Shown here piece after piece: positions 19,741 through 29,189 of a DNA stretch of 64,000 nucleotides. Both the position numbers and the translations under genes were made by a program. Origin of the DNA: a virus; IMG/VR virus record IMGVR_UViG_3300030085_002231, positions 27,450-91,449 of that record; one strand, written 5' to 3'. Each line of letters opens with the position of its first letter. Positions within the stretch are counted from its first letter, which is position 1. The notes under the pieces are model-generated. The model was given only the letters and a program-made list of their open reading frames with translations. It made no database searches and was not told where the DNA came from.

Positions 19741-19788
19741 ATCCGAAAACAATCGACATAATTGCTAAAATTATGGGAAGGAAAAACA

Positions 19789-19929
19789 ATGATTAGTTTT
19801 TTTAAGAAGATGTTTACAATTGATATTTCTAAAGGAAACCCATTGAAGTATCGAGAATCTCAATACACACTCGCAGAACTTGAGCGTAGACTAAACGCAG
19901 AAATAAATGGGTTTAGTACAAGATACTAG
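19789..19929 (+). CDS. Small hypothetical protein (46 aa)
   Basis: MISFFKKMF...LAELERRL; preceded by AGGA. Confidence 0.45.
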   Translation: MISFFKKMFTIDISKGNPLKYRESQYTLAELERRLNAEINGFSTRY

Positions 19930-19938
19930 AATATAAAT

Positions 19939-19968
19939 AAAAGGGAACAGCTAATGTTGTTCCCTTTT
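19939..19968. terminator. Bidirectional terminator hairpin
   Basis: AAAAGGGAACAGC-taat-GTTGTTCCCTTTT; immediately after TATAAATA at 19932-19939. Confidence 0.7.
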
Positions 19969-19983
19969 AATATAGGAGGTAGC

Positions 19984-20139
19984 ATGATTGGATCACCGCG
20001 CTATTGTAAAAACTGTGGTTGTAGATGCCACTGTTTAACAACTGAATGTAAGACATGCGTTAATGATGTTTGCAATAACTGTGATTGTGAAAATCCAATA
20101 AAAGATATGCCTGATAGTTTTACCAAGGAGAATACATAA
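19984..20139 (+). CDS. Cys-rich metallothionein-like peptide
   Basis: GGAGG RBS; CKNCGCRCHC...C..C....C..CDC (10 Cys). Confidence 0.55.
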   Translation: MIGSPRYCKNCGCRCHCLTTECKTCVNDVCNNCDCENPIKDMPDSFTKENT

Positions 20140-20363
20140 TGAGACGTACAATAAAAGATAGGCTTAAAGACTTAGAAGAGAATCGTAGAAAAAATTATAT
20201 AAAAGTTCGTATCAGCCAGCTTATGGATGATATGAATAAAGCACATGATCAGCATGATAAAAACTGGTACAATCGTCTAATTCAAGAACTTAACTGGGTT
20301 CAACAGGCAGATAGTAAGCCGGATCGTAACTGTTACATGGAAGTAAAAGGAGCTACATGGTAA
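20139..20363 (+). CDS. Hypothetical protein
   Basis: AGGAG RBS, TAATG coupling; WYNRLIQELNW motif. Confidence 0.65.
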   Translation: MRRTIKDRLKDLEENRRKNYIKVRISQLMDDMNKAHDQHDKNWYNRLIQELNWVQQADSKPDRNCYMEVKGATW

Positions 20364-20824
20364 TGAATATTGATCAATTAAGAGAAGAATTAAAAGTTGA
20401 TGAGGGAGTAAAGTATGAAATTTATTTGGATCACCTCGGGCTTCCTACTTTTGGTATCGGTCATTTGGTTCTCGATACTGACCCAGAACATGGTGAACCG
20501 GTTGGAACTTCTGTCTCAGAAGATAGAGTTAACGAGTGCTTCGATCATGACGTTGAAATCGTCCTTGGAGATTGTAGAAAACTGTATGAAGACTTCGACG
20601 AACTGCCGGAAGAAGTACAACTAATCATTGCAAACATGATGTTCAACATGGGTCGACCACGCCTATCTAAATTCAAAGGTATGAAACGTGGTGTAGACGC
20701 CCGTGATTGGGATGCAGCTGCAGATGAGATGGTTGACTCAAGGTGGTATAGACAAGTAACTAATCGCGCTGATCGCTTAGTTGAAAGAATGAGAGCGGTT
20801 ACAATATCTGAAATTCCTGTCTAA
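20357..20824 (+). CDS. Lysozyme (GH24, T4 lysozyme-like)
   Basis: DEG..Y.D..G..T.GIGHL catalytic motif; NMMFNMG; SRWYRQ..RA.R. Confidence 0.92.
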   Translation: MVMNIDQLREELKVDEGVKYEIYLDHLGLPTFGIGHLVLDTDPEHGEPVGTSVSEDRVNECFDHDVEIVLGDCRKLYEDFDELPEEVQLIIANMMFNMGRPRLSKFKGMKRGVDARDWDAAADEMVDSRWYRQVTNRADRLVERMRAVTISEIPV

Positions 20825-21129
20825 TGATTGAAGTTACAGAAGCCGCAGTCGACTATCTTAATAAAGTCAGGGGTGATGACTTTGTAACTCTTGGCGTAAA
20901 AGGTGGTGGCTGCTCTGGTTTTCAGTATGTATGGGACTTCAAAGATAAGTGGCCCGACGTACAATGGAGCGAACCATATAAAGAATGTTTAGTCTTAGAT
21001 CCTATGGCAGAAATGTATATAGCCGGATGTACTATAGATTATGTAGAAGAACTTGGTGGTTCTTATCTTAAGATTATAAATCCAAACGCTACAGCGTCCT
21101 GTGGTTGTGGTGAATCTTTCGCAATTTAG
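20824..21129 (+). CDS. IscA/HesB A-type Fe-S cluster carrier
   Basis: GGGCSGFQY and NPNATASCGCGESF. Confidence 0.95.
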   Translation: MIEVTEAAVDYLNKVRGDDFVTLGVKGGGCSGFQYVWDFKDKWPDVQWSEPYKECLVLDPMAEMYIAGCTIDYVEELGGSYLKIINPNATASCGCGESFAI

Positions 21130-21132
21130 TTG

Positions 21133-21161
21133 TTTACAAACTCGTAAAAATTTGGTATAAT
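21133..21161 (+). promoter_or_regulatory. Early/middle promoter (gp43), probably leaderless transcript
   Basis: TTTACA-17-TATAAT; ATG 6 nt downstream with no SD. Confidence 0.8.
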
Positions 21162-21167
21162 AGTACT

Positions 21168-23660
21168 ATGTTTTATACTTCAGTAGTACGTTACGGTAAT
21201 TCATTTCTGTATCGCGGCTATGACGCTGCCGGCAAACGCGTCTATAAAAAAGATTCCTTCTCACCAAGATTGTTCGTACCTTCCAAAGCCGAAACATCTT
21301 GGCGTGGTCTCGATGGCGCACCCATCGGGCCAGTAGATTTCAAAACAATGCGTGAATGTCGGCAATGGCTTGACCAATATCGTGAAGTTGGTGGCTTCGA
21401 TATTTACGGCAATCCTAATATGATCCAACAGTATATCGCTCATAAGTTTCCAAGAGATATTGAGTTTGATCGTGACATAATCAACGTCACCACAATCGAT
21501 ATTGAAACAGCGTATGAGGATGGATTCCCAGAACCAGAGAAAGCCAACCAAGAAGTTTTGGCTATCACCATCAAAAATAATATCGATGGCATATATCGTG
21601 TATGGGGCATGAAAGATTATGACGTTGGTTCTGCGCTTATACAACCAGTGCGTTATTATAAATGTAAAGACGAGGTTGACTTACTTCTAAAGTTTCTTGA
21701 CTTTTGGCATGACCATCGCAACACGCCTGACGTTGTGACAGGTTGGAATGTAAAGTTTTTTGATATACCTTATCTCGTTAATCGTGTAAACAACGTGCTT
21801 GGTGTAGACCAATGTAAAAAGTTCTCGCCTTGGGGTATGGTTGACTATTCAAAGATTGTCAAACGTGGTCGCGAACAAATCACATACAAACTGCAGGGCA
21901 TACAAACTTTGGATTACCTTGATCTTTTCCAAAAGTTTGGATATACCTATGGCACACAAGAATCTTATAAACTGAACCATATTGCGTACGTAGTTCTTGG
22001 CGAAAAGAAACTGTCCTTTGCCGAAGAAGGTTCTCTACGTAACCTATACAAAGAAGACTTCCAAAAGTATATCGACTATAATATGAAAGATGTACAGTTA
22101 GTTGATAAGCTCGAAGAAAAGATGGGGCTTATCACTCTGGCTATGACTGTGGCGTATAAAGGTGGTGTCAATTACCAAGATACATTTGGTGTGGTTGCAA
22201 TATGGGAATCAATCATATATCGTAAACTCAACTCACAAAAAGTTATGCCAAAGATCGAGCCTGATGAAATGGGCATACGTGATTTTGAAGGTGGCTACGT
22301 TAAAGAACCACAGGTTGGTATGCATGACTGGGTAGTTTCTTTTGATTTGAATTCTCTGTATCCTAATATTATTGTGCAGTGGAACATGTCACCAGAAACT
22401 TTGAACAAAGATCCACAACTTAACATGCCAAGCGGTGTACAAAACTACTTACACAAAGAAGAAAAACAAAACAGTAGTTATACTGTAGCAGCCAATGGTT
22501 CTACTTATCGTAAAGACTTTGATGGTGTGGTACCAAATATCATTGTAGATTATTACGATGAACGGAAGTCAGTTAAGAACATGATGATCGCTGCAGAAAA
22601 AGAATATCAAAAATCTAAAACACCAGAACTTGAAAGAGAAATCAATCGACTCACAAACCAGCAGATGGCGATTAAAATTCTTATGAACTCTTTGTATGGT
22701 GCGATCGGTAACAAACACTTTCGATATTATGATCTACGTATCGCCGAAGGTATTACACTTACCGGTCAGCTCGCAATCAAGTGGGCAGAAAATGCTGTTA
22801 ATGACGAGTTAAATAAAATACTTAAAACAGACGAAGACTATGTTATCGCAATGGATACAGATTCACTCTATATCAACTTTGGTCCTATGATTGAAAAGCT
22901 ACAGCCAAAAGATCCAGTAAAGTTTCTTGATAAGATATGTGTAGAACACTTTGAACCTGTGCTTGCCAAAGCTTATAATAAACTATTTAATGTAATGAAC
23001 TGCTACAAGCCACGTATGGAAATGGGCAGGGAAGTTATTGCGGATCGTGGTATATGGACAGCAAAGAAAAGATATATCCTCAATGTACATAACTCAGAAG
23101 GTGTACAGTACGCACAGCCTAAACTTAAGATCATGGGTATTGAAGCTATCAAGTCTTCAACACCGGAAGTATGCCGTGATAAATTCAAGCAAATATTCAA
23201 TGTGATTATTACTGGCTGTGAAAAAGACACGCAGAAGTTTATACAAGATTTTAAGAATGAGTTTAGGTCACTACCACCTGAACAGGTCGCCTTCCCGCGT
23301 TCTGTAACAAACATTACAGATTACAAAGATCGCAAGACGATATATAAGAAAGGTTCGCCTATTCACGTACGTGGTTCTTTAGTATATAACAAAGCACTCA
23401 AAGAATCTGGTATGATGCATAAGTATGAAGCAATCACAAACGGTAGCCGTATTAAGTTTGTCTATATGAAAAAGCCTAACCTGGTACGTGAAAACGTAAT
23501 TGCTTTTCCGGAAGTATTACCCGAAGAGTTCGGTGTAACACGTAACATAGACTATGACAAGCAATTCGAAAAAACTTTCTTGGAACCACTCGAGCTTATA
23601 CTCAACGCGGTTGGTTGGGATGCCGAAGAGAAAGTTACACTGGAAGATTTCTTTGCATAA
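21168..23660 (+). CDS. gp43: Family B DNA polymerase
   Basis: DIET exonuclease, SFDLNSLYP, KILMNSLYG, DTDS motifs; uninterrupted. Confidence 0.98.
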   Translation: MFYTSVVRYGNSFLYRGYDAAGKRVYKKDSFSPRLFVPSKAETSWRGLDGAPIGPVDFKTMRECRQWLDQYREVGGFDIYGNPNMIQQYIAHKFPRDIEFDRDIINVTTIDIETAYEDGFPEPEKANQEVLAITIKNNIDGIYRVWGMKDYDVGSALIQPVRYYKCKDEVDLLLKFLDFWHDHRNTPDVVTGWNVKFFDIPYLVNRVNNVLGVDQCKKFSPWGMVDYSKIVKRGREQITYKLQGIQTLDYLDLFQKFGYTYGTQESYKLNHIAYVVLGEKKLSFAEEGSLRNLYKEDFQKYIDYNMKDVQLVDKLEEKMGLITLAMTVAYKGGVNYQDTFGVVAIWESIIYRKLNSQKVMPKIEPDEMGIRDFEGGYVKEPQVGMHDWVVSFDLNSLYPNIIVQWNMSPETLNKDPQLNMPSGVQNYLHKEEKQNSSYTVAANGSTYRKDFDGVVPNIIVDYYDERKSVKNMMIAAEKEYQKSKTPELEREINRLTNQQMAIKILMNSLYGAIGNKHFRYYDLRIAEGITLTGQLAIKWAENAVNDELNKILKTDEDYVIAMDTDSLYINFGPMIEKLQPKDPVKFLDKICVEHFEPVLAKAYNKLFNVMNCYKPRMEMGREVIADRGIWTAKKRYILNVHNSEGVQYAQPKLKIMGIEAIKSSTPEVCRDKFKQIFNVIITGCEKDTQKFIQDFKNEFRSLPPEQVAFPRSVTNITDYKDRKTIYKKGSPIHVRGSLVYNKALKESGMMHKYEAITNGSRIKFVYMKKPNLVRENVIAFPEVLPEEFGVTRNIDYDKQFEKTFLEPLELILNAVGWDAEEKVTLEDFFA

Positions 23661-23665
23661 AGTGG

Positions 23666-23694
23666 TTTACTTTTACGATAAAATGGAGTATAAT
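23666..23694 (+). promoter_or_regulatory. Early/middle promoter
   Basis: TTTACT-17-TATAAT; ATG at 23702. Confidence 0.8.
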
Positions 23695-23701
23695 AGATAT
23701 T

Positions 23702-24124
23702 ATGAGTAAAGATTGGGTACAAGATATTAGTGACATGCATACCAAGTTTGGTGTGCGTAAGTGGGTCAATGAACAAATCCAGTTTGGTGAAAAAGAAAAA
23801 CTCGAAAAGTTTCTCGAGTTTCGTCTTAAATTCTTAGAAGAAGAACTCAACGAAACACGAGCTGCAGCAATTGTGGATAAAAATCCAGAAGAAATTGTTG
23901 ACGGTTTGATTGATCTGTGTGTTGTTGCCATTGGTACACTGGATGCGTTTGGAGTTGACGCTCACAAAGCATGGGATAAAGTACACAACGCAAACATGGC
24001 CAAAGAACCGGGTGTAAAAGAATCGCGCCCTAATCCACTTGGCCTGCCCGATCTGATTAAACCAGAAGATTGGAAGGGACCCGATCATCGTGACAACCAT
24101 GGATATTTCATTCACAGTCTTTAA
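23702..24124 (+). CDS. MazG/PRA-PH-like all-alpha NTP pyrophosphohydrolase (candidate dCTPase/dUTPase)
   Basis: EELNE...EEIVDGLID...VHNANMAK...DLIKP. Confidence 0.8.
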   Translation: MSKDWVQDISDMHTKFGVRKWVNEQIQFGEKEKLEKFLEFRLKFLEEELNETRAAAIVDKNPEEIVDGLIDLCVVAIGTLDAFGVDAHKAWDKVHNANMAKEPGVKESRPNPLGLPDLIKPEDWKGPDHRDNHGYFIHSL

Positions 24125-25028
24125 TTCGATATTCGATAACAAGACTGACAAGCGCATGGACTTTCATGACTTTGATGATTTTGAAAAGTTCTTATATAAA
24201 CTTTCAAATCAAGAAAAGTCTTCTAAGAAAGATGCAGTACTAATATCTCCTGCGACATATCAACCCGACACTACACGTGCTAATGCTAATGTTGTAGAAT
24301 GGTCGGGTTGGTGTGCTGTCGATGTGGACGATTACCAACCAGATGGAGATTTAAAAGATGACCTATGTTCTCGCTTTTCTAATTTTAGGTTCATTTGTTA
24401 CAGCACTGCTAGCAGTACGATGGATCAGCCTAAGTTCAGATTGGTGTTCCCTTTGCGAAGACGAGTTGGAAGTGACAGAATCAGACATTTCTGGTATTCT
24501 CTTAACAAAGAGCTCGGAGAACTCAGTGACGCTCAAACTAAAGACTTATCACGCATGTACTATATCCCTGCGAAATACGCTGGTGCTAACAACTTTATTT
24601 TCAGTCATGATGGCGACACACTTGATCCTCAATCTTTAATGGACAAACATCCCTATGCAGAAAAAGCAAACCTCAATAACTTCTTCGACAGACTCCCAGA
24701 TGAGATCCAACGACAAATCATTGAACACAGAAAAGGACAAATGGACAACACTAATGTGGTGTGGACGTCCTATCGCGATTGTCCCTTCTTTCCACGCAAC
24801 CTCGAAGCAGAATACAGAACGATAAGTAATACCGGTTGGTATCACAAGATGTATCAGATCATGGTTGCTATCGCAGGTAACGCAGTCAAAAAGCATTATC
24901 CAATCACAGCACCAGAAATATCAAAGATGTGTAGAGAACTAGATATTGAAACTGGCAACTGGTACAAGAATCGTCCATTGGATAAAGAAGCAGATCGTGC
25001 TCTCGAATATGTTTATAAAAATATGTAA
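24099..25028 (+). CDS. AEP-superfamily primase/polymerase-like protein
   Basis: hhDhDD motif (AVDVDD), YSTASS, PKFRLVFPL, TKDLSRMYYIP; helical PriCT-like C-terminus. Confidence 0.65.
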   Translation: MDISFTVFNSIFDNKTDKRMDFHDFDDFEKFLYKLSNQEKSSKKDAVLISPATYQPDTTRANANVVEWSGWCAVDVDDYQPDGDLKDDLCSRFSNFRFICYSTASSTMDQPKFRLVFPLRRRVGSDRIRHFWYSLNKELGELSDAQTKDLSRMYYIPAKYAGANNFIFSHDGDTLDPQSLMDKHPYAEKANLNNFFDRLPDEIQRQIIEHRKGQMDNTNVVWTSYRDCPFFPRNLEAEYRTISNTGWYHKMYQIMVAIAGNAVKKHYPITAPEISKMCRELDIETGNWYKNRPLDKEADRALEYVYKNM

Positions 25029-25036
25029 AAAAACTA

Positions 25037-25065
25037 TTTACTTTCAATGAAAAATGGTGTATAAT
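25037..25065 (+). promoter_or_regulatory. Early/middle promoter
   Basis: TTTACT-17-TATAAT. Confidence 0.8.
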
Positions 25066-25093
25066 AGATCTATAATTAAAGAGGAGTTTGATT

Positions 25094-25528
25094 ATGAAAA
25101 TTGATTCTATAAATGGATGTGCAGTTGTTCCTTTAAAGTTTAGAGATAAAGTATACGTTGACATGTATACAACAGGTGGTCATCATTATTTCTTAGACGA
25201 AAATGGAAATCTTTTTAAATTACAAGAAATGTCTGTTGGTGAAAAACGCCCGTCTGCAAGTATTGATGGTGTGAATGTAACAATTGCTCAAGCTATGTTA
25301 GAATCTTGGTACCACTCACGAGATGAGTGGATTCTTACTGACGATGCTAGACCAGATAATGTTTCAATTGATGATTGGAGAAATACTCCAGATTCAGTAA
25401 AAAAAGCATTAGCTAAAAACGGAGTAGATGTAGACCACAAAAATGGTGATTCTAGTGATAATAGATTATCTAACCTACAATATTTGTATAGACACGCTAA
25501 TGTCATGAAAGGTGGCAAAAAGAAATGA
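25094..25528 (+). CDS. HNH endonuclease (free-standing homing type)
   Basis: VDHKNGDSSDNRLSNLQYL...N. Confidence 0.8.
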   Translation: MKIDSINGCAVVPLKFRDKVYVDMYTTGGHHYFLDENGNLFKLQEMSVGEKRPSASIDGVNVTIAQAMLESWYHSRDEWILTDDARPDNVSIDDWRNTPDSVKKALAKNGVDVDHKNGDSSDNRLSNLQYLYRHANVMKGGKKK

Positions 25529-25878
25529 AAGAATCAATAAAAGTATTACAAGAATGTGCTGAACTACAAGCCAAGAAGTCTGAAGATTATCAGAACGAAG
25601 GTTCAAACGTACTGCAAGCCATGCACTATCGTCGTGGCGTAGACAGCTTACACGATATCATTCAAGGTAAGTGTTATCGTGCACAGTCACTACTTGAATC
25701 TGGTAGTGATCCAAACCATGAATCACTAGAAGATACGTATAAAGATATTATTAACTACTGTTCTTTTGTAGTATCTTACATGCGTGGTAAGATGGAAGGT
25801 CAACGACCTGATCGTGATATGTTTAATAAGCCAAAGGTGAAAAAGAATGAAAGTGGGACTGACGGCGTCGACGTTTGA
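25525..25878 (+). CDS. Nucleotide-modification-associated protein (DUF1599/Nmad1-like)
   Basis: KKSEDY and ESLEDTYKDIINY motifs; located in the modification cluster. Confidence 0.65.
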   Translation: MKESIKVLQECAELQAKKSEDYQNEGSNVLQAMHYRRGVDSLHDIIQGKCYRAQSLLESGSDPNHESLEDTYKDIINYCSFVVSYMRGKMEGQRPDRDMFNKPKVKKNESGTDGVDV

Positions 25879-26269
25879 TTTACTACACGCCGGTCATATC
25901 GTTATGTTGCGTGAAGCAAAATCACAATGTGACTATTTAATATGTGCTTTGCAAGTTGATCCTACACTTGACCGTGCGACTAAGAACGCACCGGTCCAAA
26001 GTATCGTTGAAAGACAAGCACAACTCGCAGCAGTAAGTTACGTTGATGAAGTAATTATTTATTGTACAGAAGCTGATTTAGTTGATATAATAAACATGTA
26101 TCCAATTGATGTAAGAATACTCGGTGAAGAATATAGGCAGAAAGATTTTACTGGTAAAGATGAATGTCGTAATCGTGGCATACAGTTGTACTTTAACAAA
26201 CGTGACCACAGATTTTCATCAACAGATTTGAGAAAGAGAGTAGCAGATGCGAATGACAACCGTAAGTGA
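25847..26269 (+). CDS. Cytidylyltransferase (TagD/glycerol-3-phosphate type)
   Basis: STFDLLHAGH (HxGH), RDHRFSST. Confidence 0.88.
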   Translation: MKVGLTASTFDLLHAGHIVMLREAKSQCDYLICALQVDPTLDRATKNAPVQSIVERQAQLAAVSYVDEVIIYCTEADLVDIINMYPIDVRILGEEYRQKDFTGKDECRNRGIQLYFNKRDHRFSSTDLRKRVADANDNRK

Positions 26270-26924
26270 TATTAGAAAACATTTTATTGGAGAACTAAAA
26301 GATGAAGCCTTCACCACAGACAAAACTGGACAAAACACAATTGAGTTGCTTGGCGCTTCATTTCTTGCAGACGAGCCAGCAATCTTTGGAGATCCAAACG
26401 ATGCGTACATCCGAAGCGAAATTGATTGGTACCTTAGTGGTAGTACTAATATCAATGACATTTATCGCTGGCCTGATCACCCTAGTGATAAACAACCCCC
26501 AGCTGCTTGGCAGCTTGCTGCAAATGAACATGGCGAAATAAACTCTAACTATGGTCGATTGATTTTTAGTGATATATATTATAGACAGTACGATAACGTA
26601 CTTACAGAGTTGACAAATTGGCCTGACTCTCGTAGAGCGTCAATGATTTATCAAAGACCGTCTATATGGATAGAGTATACAGAAAATGGTAAAGGTGATT
26701 TCATATGTACTAATGCTGTCACTTATTATATACGCAATGATGAACTACAGTCAGTGGTCCAAATGCGCTCAAACGATGTCGTGTTCGGATACAAAAATGA
26801 CTATGCTTGGCAGCAGTATGTTCTAGAACAACTTGCAAACGATCTTAATATCAAACCAGGTTTTATAACTTGGCAAGTTCAAAATCTTCACGTTTACGAA
26901 AGACACTTCAACCTTGTTAAATAA
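26247..26924 (+). CDS. gp42: dCMP hydroxymethylase (thymidylate synthase family, gp42-like)
   Basis: YIRSEIDWY, INSNYG, SRRA, DFICTN (catalytic Cys), QMRSNDVVFGYKNDYAW with the dCMP-specifying Asp, LHVYERHF. Confidence 0.88.
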   Translation: MRMTTVSDIRKHFIGELKDEAFTTDKTGQNTIELLGASFLADEPAIFGDPNDAYIRSEIDWYLSGSTNINDIYRWPDHPSDKQPPAAWQLAANEHGEINSNYGRLIFSDIYYRQYDNVLTELTNWPDSRRASMIYQRPSIWIEYTENGKGDFICTNAVTYYIRNDELQSVVQMRSNDVVFGYKNDYAWQQYVLEQLANDLNIKPGFITWQVQNLHVYERHFNLVK

Positions 26925-27387
26925 ATGGGACATGCGATACCTTGCACTCGCAGAAGAAGTAGCACAGTGGTCGAAAGATCCATCCACTAAGATTGGTGCT
27001 ATTGCTGTAGGTAAGAAAGGTCAAGTCTTATCACAGGGTTACAATGGGTTTCCACGTGGTATCGAAGACAAAGTAGAATACTATCAAGATCGTGAAACAA
27101 AATATAAGTACGTAGTACACGCAGAAATGAATGTCATATATAATGCTACATATCATGGTGTTTGTTTAGAAGGCACAACACTATACGTTACAGGTTTACC
27201 CGTTTGTTCTGATTGTGCAAAGGGTATCATACAAGTCGGCATTACAAGAGTAGTAATGAAAGAAAGACTAACACCACAAAAGTGGGTAGACTCATGGAAG
27301 ACTACATCTAAAATGTTTGACGAAGCAAATGTTAAATGGGAGTTTATCAATGTCAGCAACACAGGAATGGTTGAAACAAAAGTTTAG
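26914..27387 (+). CDS. cd: dCMP deaminase
   Basis: SKDPST, GYNGFPRG, HAEMN, PVCSDC. Confidence 0.92.
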   Translation: MLNKWDMRYLALAEEVAQWSKDPSTKIGAIAVGKKGQVLSQGYNGFPRGIEDKVEYYQDRETKYKYVVHAEMNVIYNATYHGVCLEGTTLYVTGLPVCSDCAKGIIQVGITRVVMKERLTPQKWVDSWKTTSKMFDEANVKWEFINVSNTGMVETKV

Positions 27388-27559
27388 AGAAGACGCTGGT
27401 CTAGTAGCTTACAGCAATACTCGATTAACTGAAGAAATAGAAGATCTAAAAGAAAGATTAAAAAAGGTAGAAACTGACATGGCATATACACAGAAGATTA
27501 GATTTGCTCAAAGTCCTGAAGAGCAAAGGATAAATGATATAAGGAACGTAGTAGATTGA
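27350..27559 (+). CDS. Hypothetical coiled-coil protein
   Basis: GGGAG RBS; 69-aa ORF. Confidence 0.5.
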   Translation: MSATQEWLKQKFREDAGLVAYSNTRLTEEIEDLKERLKKVETDMAYTQKIRFAQSPEEQRINDIRNVVD

Positions 27560-27924
27560 TTTTAGTTGTTGGTCATAGTCCTTCTTCTAAAGAGTATTGT
27601 CCGAAGAAAGGCAATCCTTCTATCAACCGTCTTAACAGGTGGCTCGATGCATGTGGTGTGGATATATACAGCTTTACTAACCTGTGTGCACACCACAGTG
27701 AGTCTATCAAAGCAGCAGATATTGATGAAACATTAATAAAAGAATGTGTAAAACCTTATAATAAAGTAATAGCTTTAGGTAATGAAGTAGCACATTATTT
27801 CAAGAAAAAAGGTATCGATTGCTTTCATGCACCTCACCCATCTCCACGTAACAGGAAGTTTAACGACAAAAGTTACGAATCAACTGTAATTAATGGTTTA
27901 CAAAAGTACATACATATGATATAA
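27556..27924 (+). CDS. Minimal uracil-DNA-glycosylase-fold protein
   Basis: VVGHSPS, FTNL, IALG..., PHPSPRNR. Confidence 0.7.
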   Translation: MILVVGHSPSSKEYCPKKGNPSINRLNRWLDACGVDIYSFTNLCAHHSESIKAADIDETLIKECVKPYNKVIALGNEVAHYFKKKGIDCFHAPHPSPRNRKFNDKSYESTVINGLQKYIHMI

Positions 27925-27925
27925 T
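27897..27925 (+). promoter_or_regulatory. Early/middle promoter (agt operon)
   Basis: TTTACA-17-TATAAT. Confidence 0.75.
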
Positions 27926-27956
27926 ATACAATATAATAAAGACATAAGGTGAGACT

Positions 27957-29180
27957 ATGAAAATTGTACATATACTTGGCCGCGGCATTGAAGGTTGCGG
28001 CGTAACTCGATTTACACTTGAGTTAAAAGACTGGGCACTAAGCCAAGGTTGGAATTATACAGTATACGCACCAACCGATAAGAAATGGACACGTGCTTCA
28101 TCACACTATCTAGATGAAAATATTAAACAATGGAAGTGGGGAAACAAGCCCGCCCGCGGAGACACACGTTGTGGCACTGAATCGATTATAGAAGATTGTA
28201 ATAAGTCAGATTTAGTTCTTATTGGTTCACTGCCATCTAAAGGCCACCCAGATGATTGTATAGAAAATTTTGGTAAGTTAATTGAAGGAATCAAAACTAA
28301 AAAAGTTATGATTCAACACGACCACAAGATGATGTCAATCAGACGCAATGCATTGCTAGACGATGTGATTCAATCAGCCGACGTTATCTTTTCGTATTCT
28401 ACTAAAAGTCCTTTTATGGATTACTGTAAAAAGATTGGTGCCAAAGGAAACATGTTTAACTTCTGCAATGGAGTTAACGTACAAAGAATACGTGATGAAT
28501 ACTGGAAACCTATCGAAGAACAAGACCCTGATCATTTAAAATGGATTGGACGGTCTGCATATTGGAAAGGTTTCGATGTACTATTTGATTTACATAAAAG
28601 TACTAAAGGTACTAACTTACTATACACACTTGAAGGAATGGAAAAGTCAATACAGTTCGTAGATATACGTAAAGCTTTTGACTTCCACGAAATGGCTGAA
28701 GAGTTTGATGTAGAAACAAAGCACGGCGAAAAACCTTATGTCTTTGGTGCGTTCAAACATAGTGAAATGTTAGAACGTATGTCACGCTGTGGCTTTGGTT
28801 TTCAGCTGACAACTCTTCAGCCAGAATATATACAGAACTTTATTGAGTTCACACACCTAGAAATCGTAGCGTGTGGTGTAATACCAATTTTTAGAAAAGC
28901 TTTTGGTGATCACTGTACACACCTGCAAACTGGCAATAAACTAACTGCCGATAAAAACACCGGTACTATATGGGCAGGTGAAGTAGGTACAGATTGGAGT
29001 GAAACTATTGAACTCATAAATAAACTTAGATCAGATAATGTAATGCGTAACGAATGGCGTGAAATGGCTTATGAATATTATGCATCACACAACGGGCCGG
29101 ATGTATCGTTTCCTGATATATTCAATAAGATTGATAAACCGGCTGAAGGTCCATCCGACTTGTCTGAATTCTTTGGTTAG
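27957..29180 (+). CDS. DNA alpha-glucosyltransferase (T4 AGT) homolog
   Basis: N-terminus GRGIEGCGVTRFTLE...DK..TR..SH matches T4 AGT (ARGLEGCGVTKFSLE); QHDH, WIGR..WKG, EFTHLEIVACG. Confidence 0.85.
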   Translation: MKIVHILGRGIEGCGVTRFTLELKDWALSQGWNYTVYAPTDKKWTRASSHYLDENIKQWKWGNKPARGDTRCGTESIIEDCNKSDLVLIGSLPSKGHPDDCIENFGKLIEGIKTKKVMIQHDHKMMSIRRNALLDDVIQSADVIFSYSTKSPFMDYCKKIGAKGNMFNFCNGVNVQRIRDEYWKPIEEQDPDHLKWIGRSAYWKGFDVLFDLHKSTKGTNLLYTLEGMEKSIQFVDIRKAFDFHEMAEEFDVETKHGEKPYVFGAFKHSEMLERMSRCGFGFQLTTLQPEYIQNFIEFTHLEIVACGVIPIFRKAFGDHCTHLQTGNKLTADKNTGTIWAGEVGTDWSETIELINKLRSDNVMRNEWREMAYEYYASHNGPDVSFPDIFNKIDKPAEGPSDLSEFFG

Positions 29181-29189
29181 GAGTATAAA

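Noticed and set aside
21168-23660. Intron or intein in DNA polymerase (also checked gp41, uvsX, uvsW)
   Set aside because: ORFs are continuous and of normal length with no splicing motifs seen.
26247-26924. Ordinary thymidylate synthase or dUMP hydroxymethylase
   Set aside because: Has Asp (dCMP-type) at the specificity position and ThyX is encoded separately; a dCMP hydroxylase variant cannot be excluded from sequence alone.
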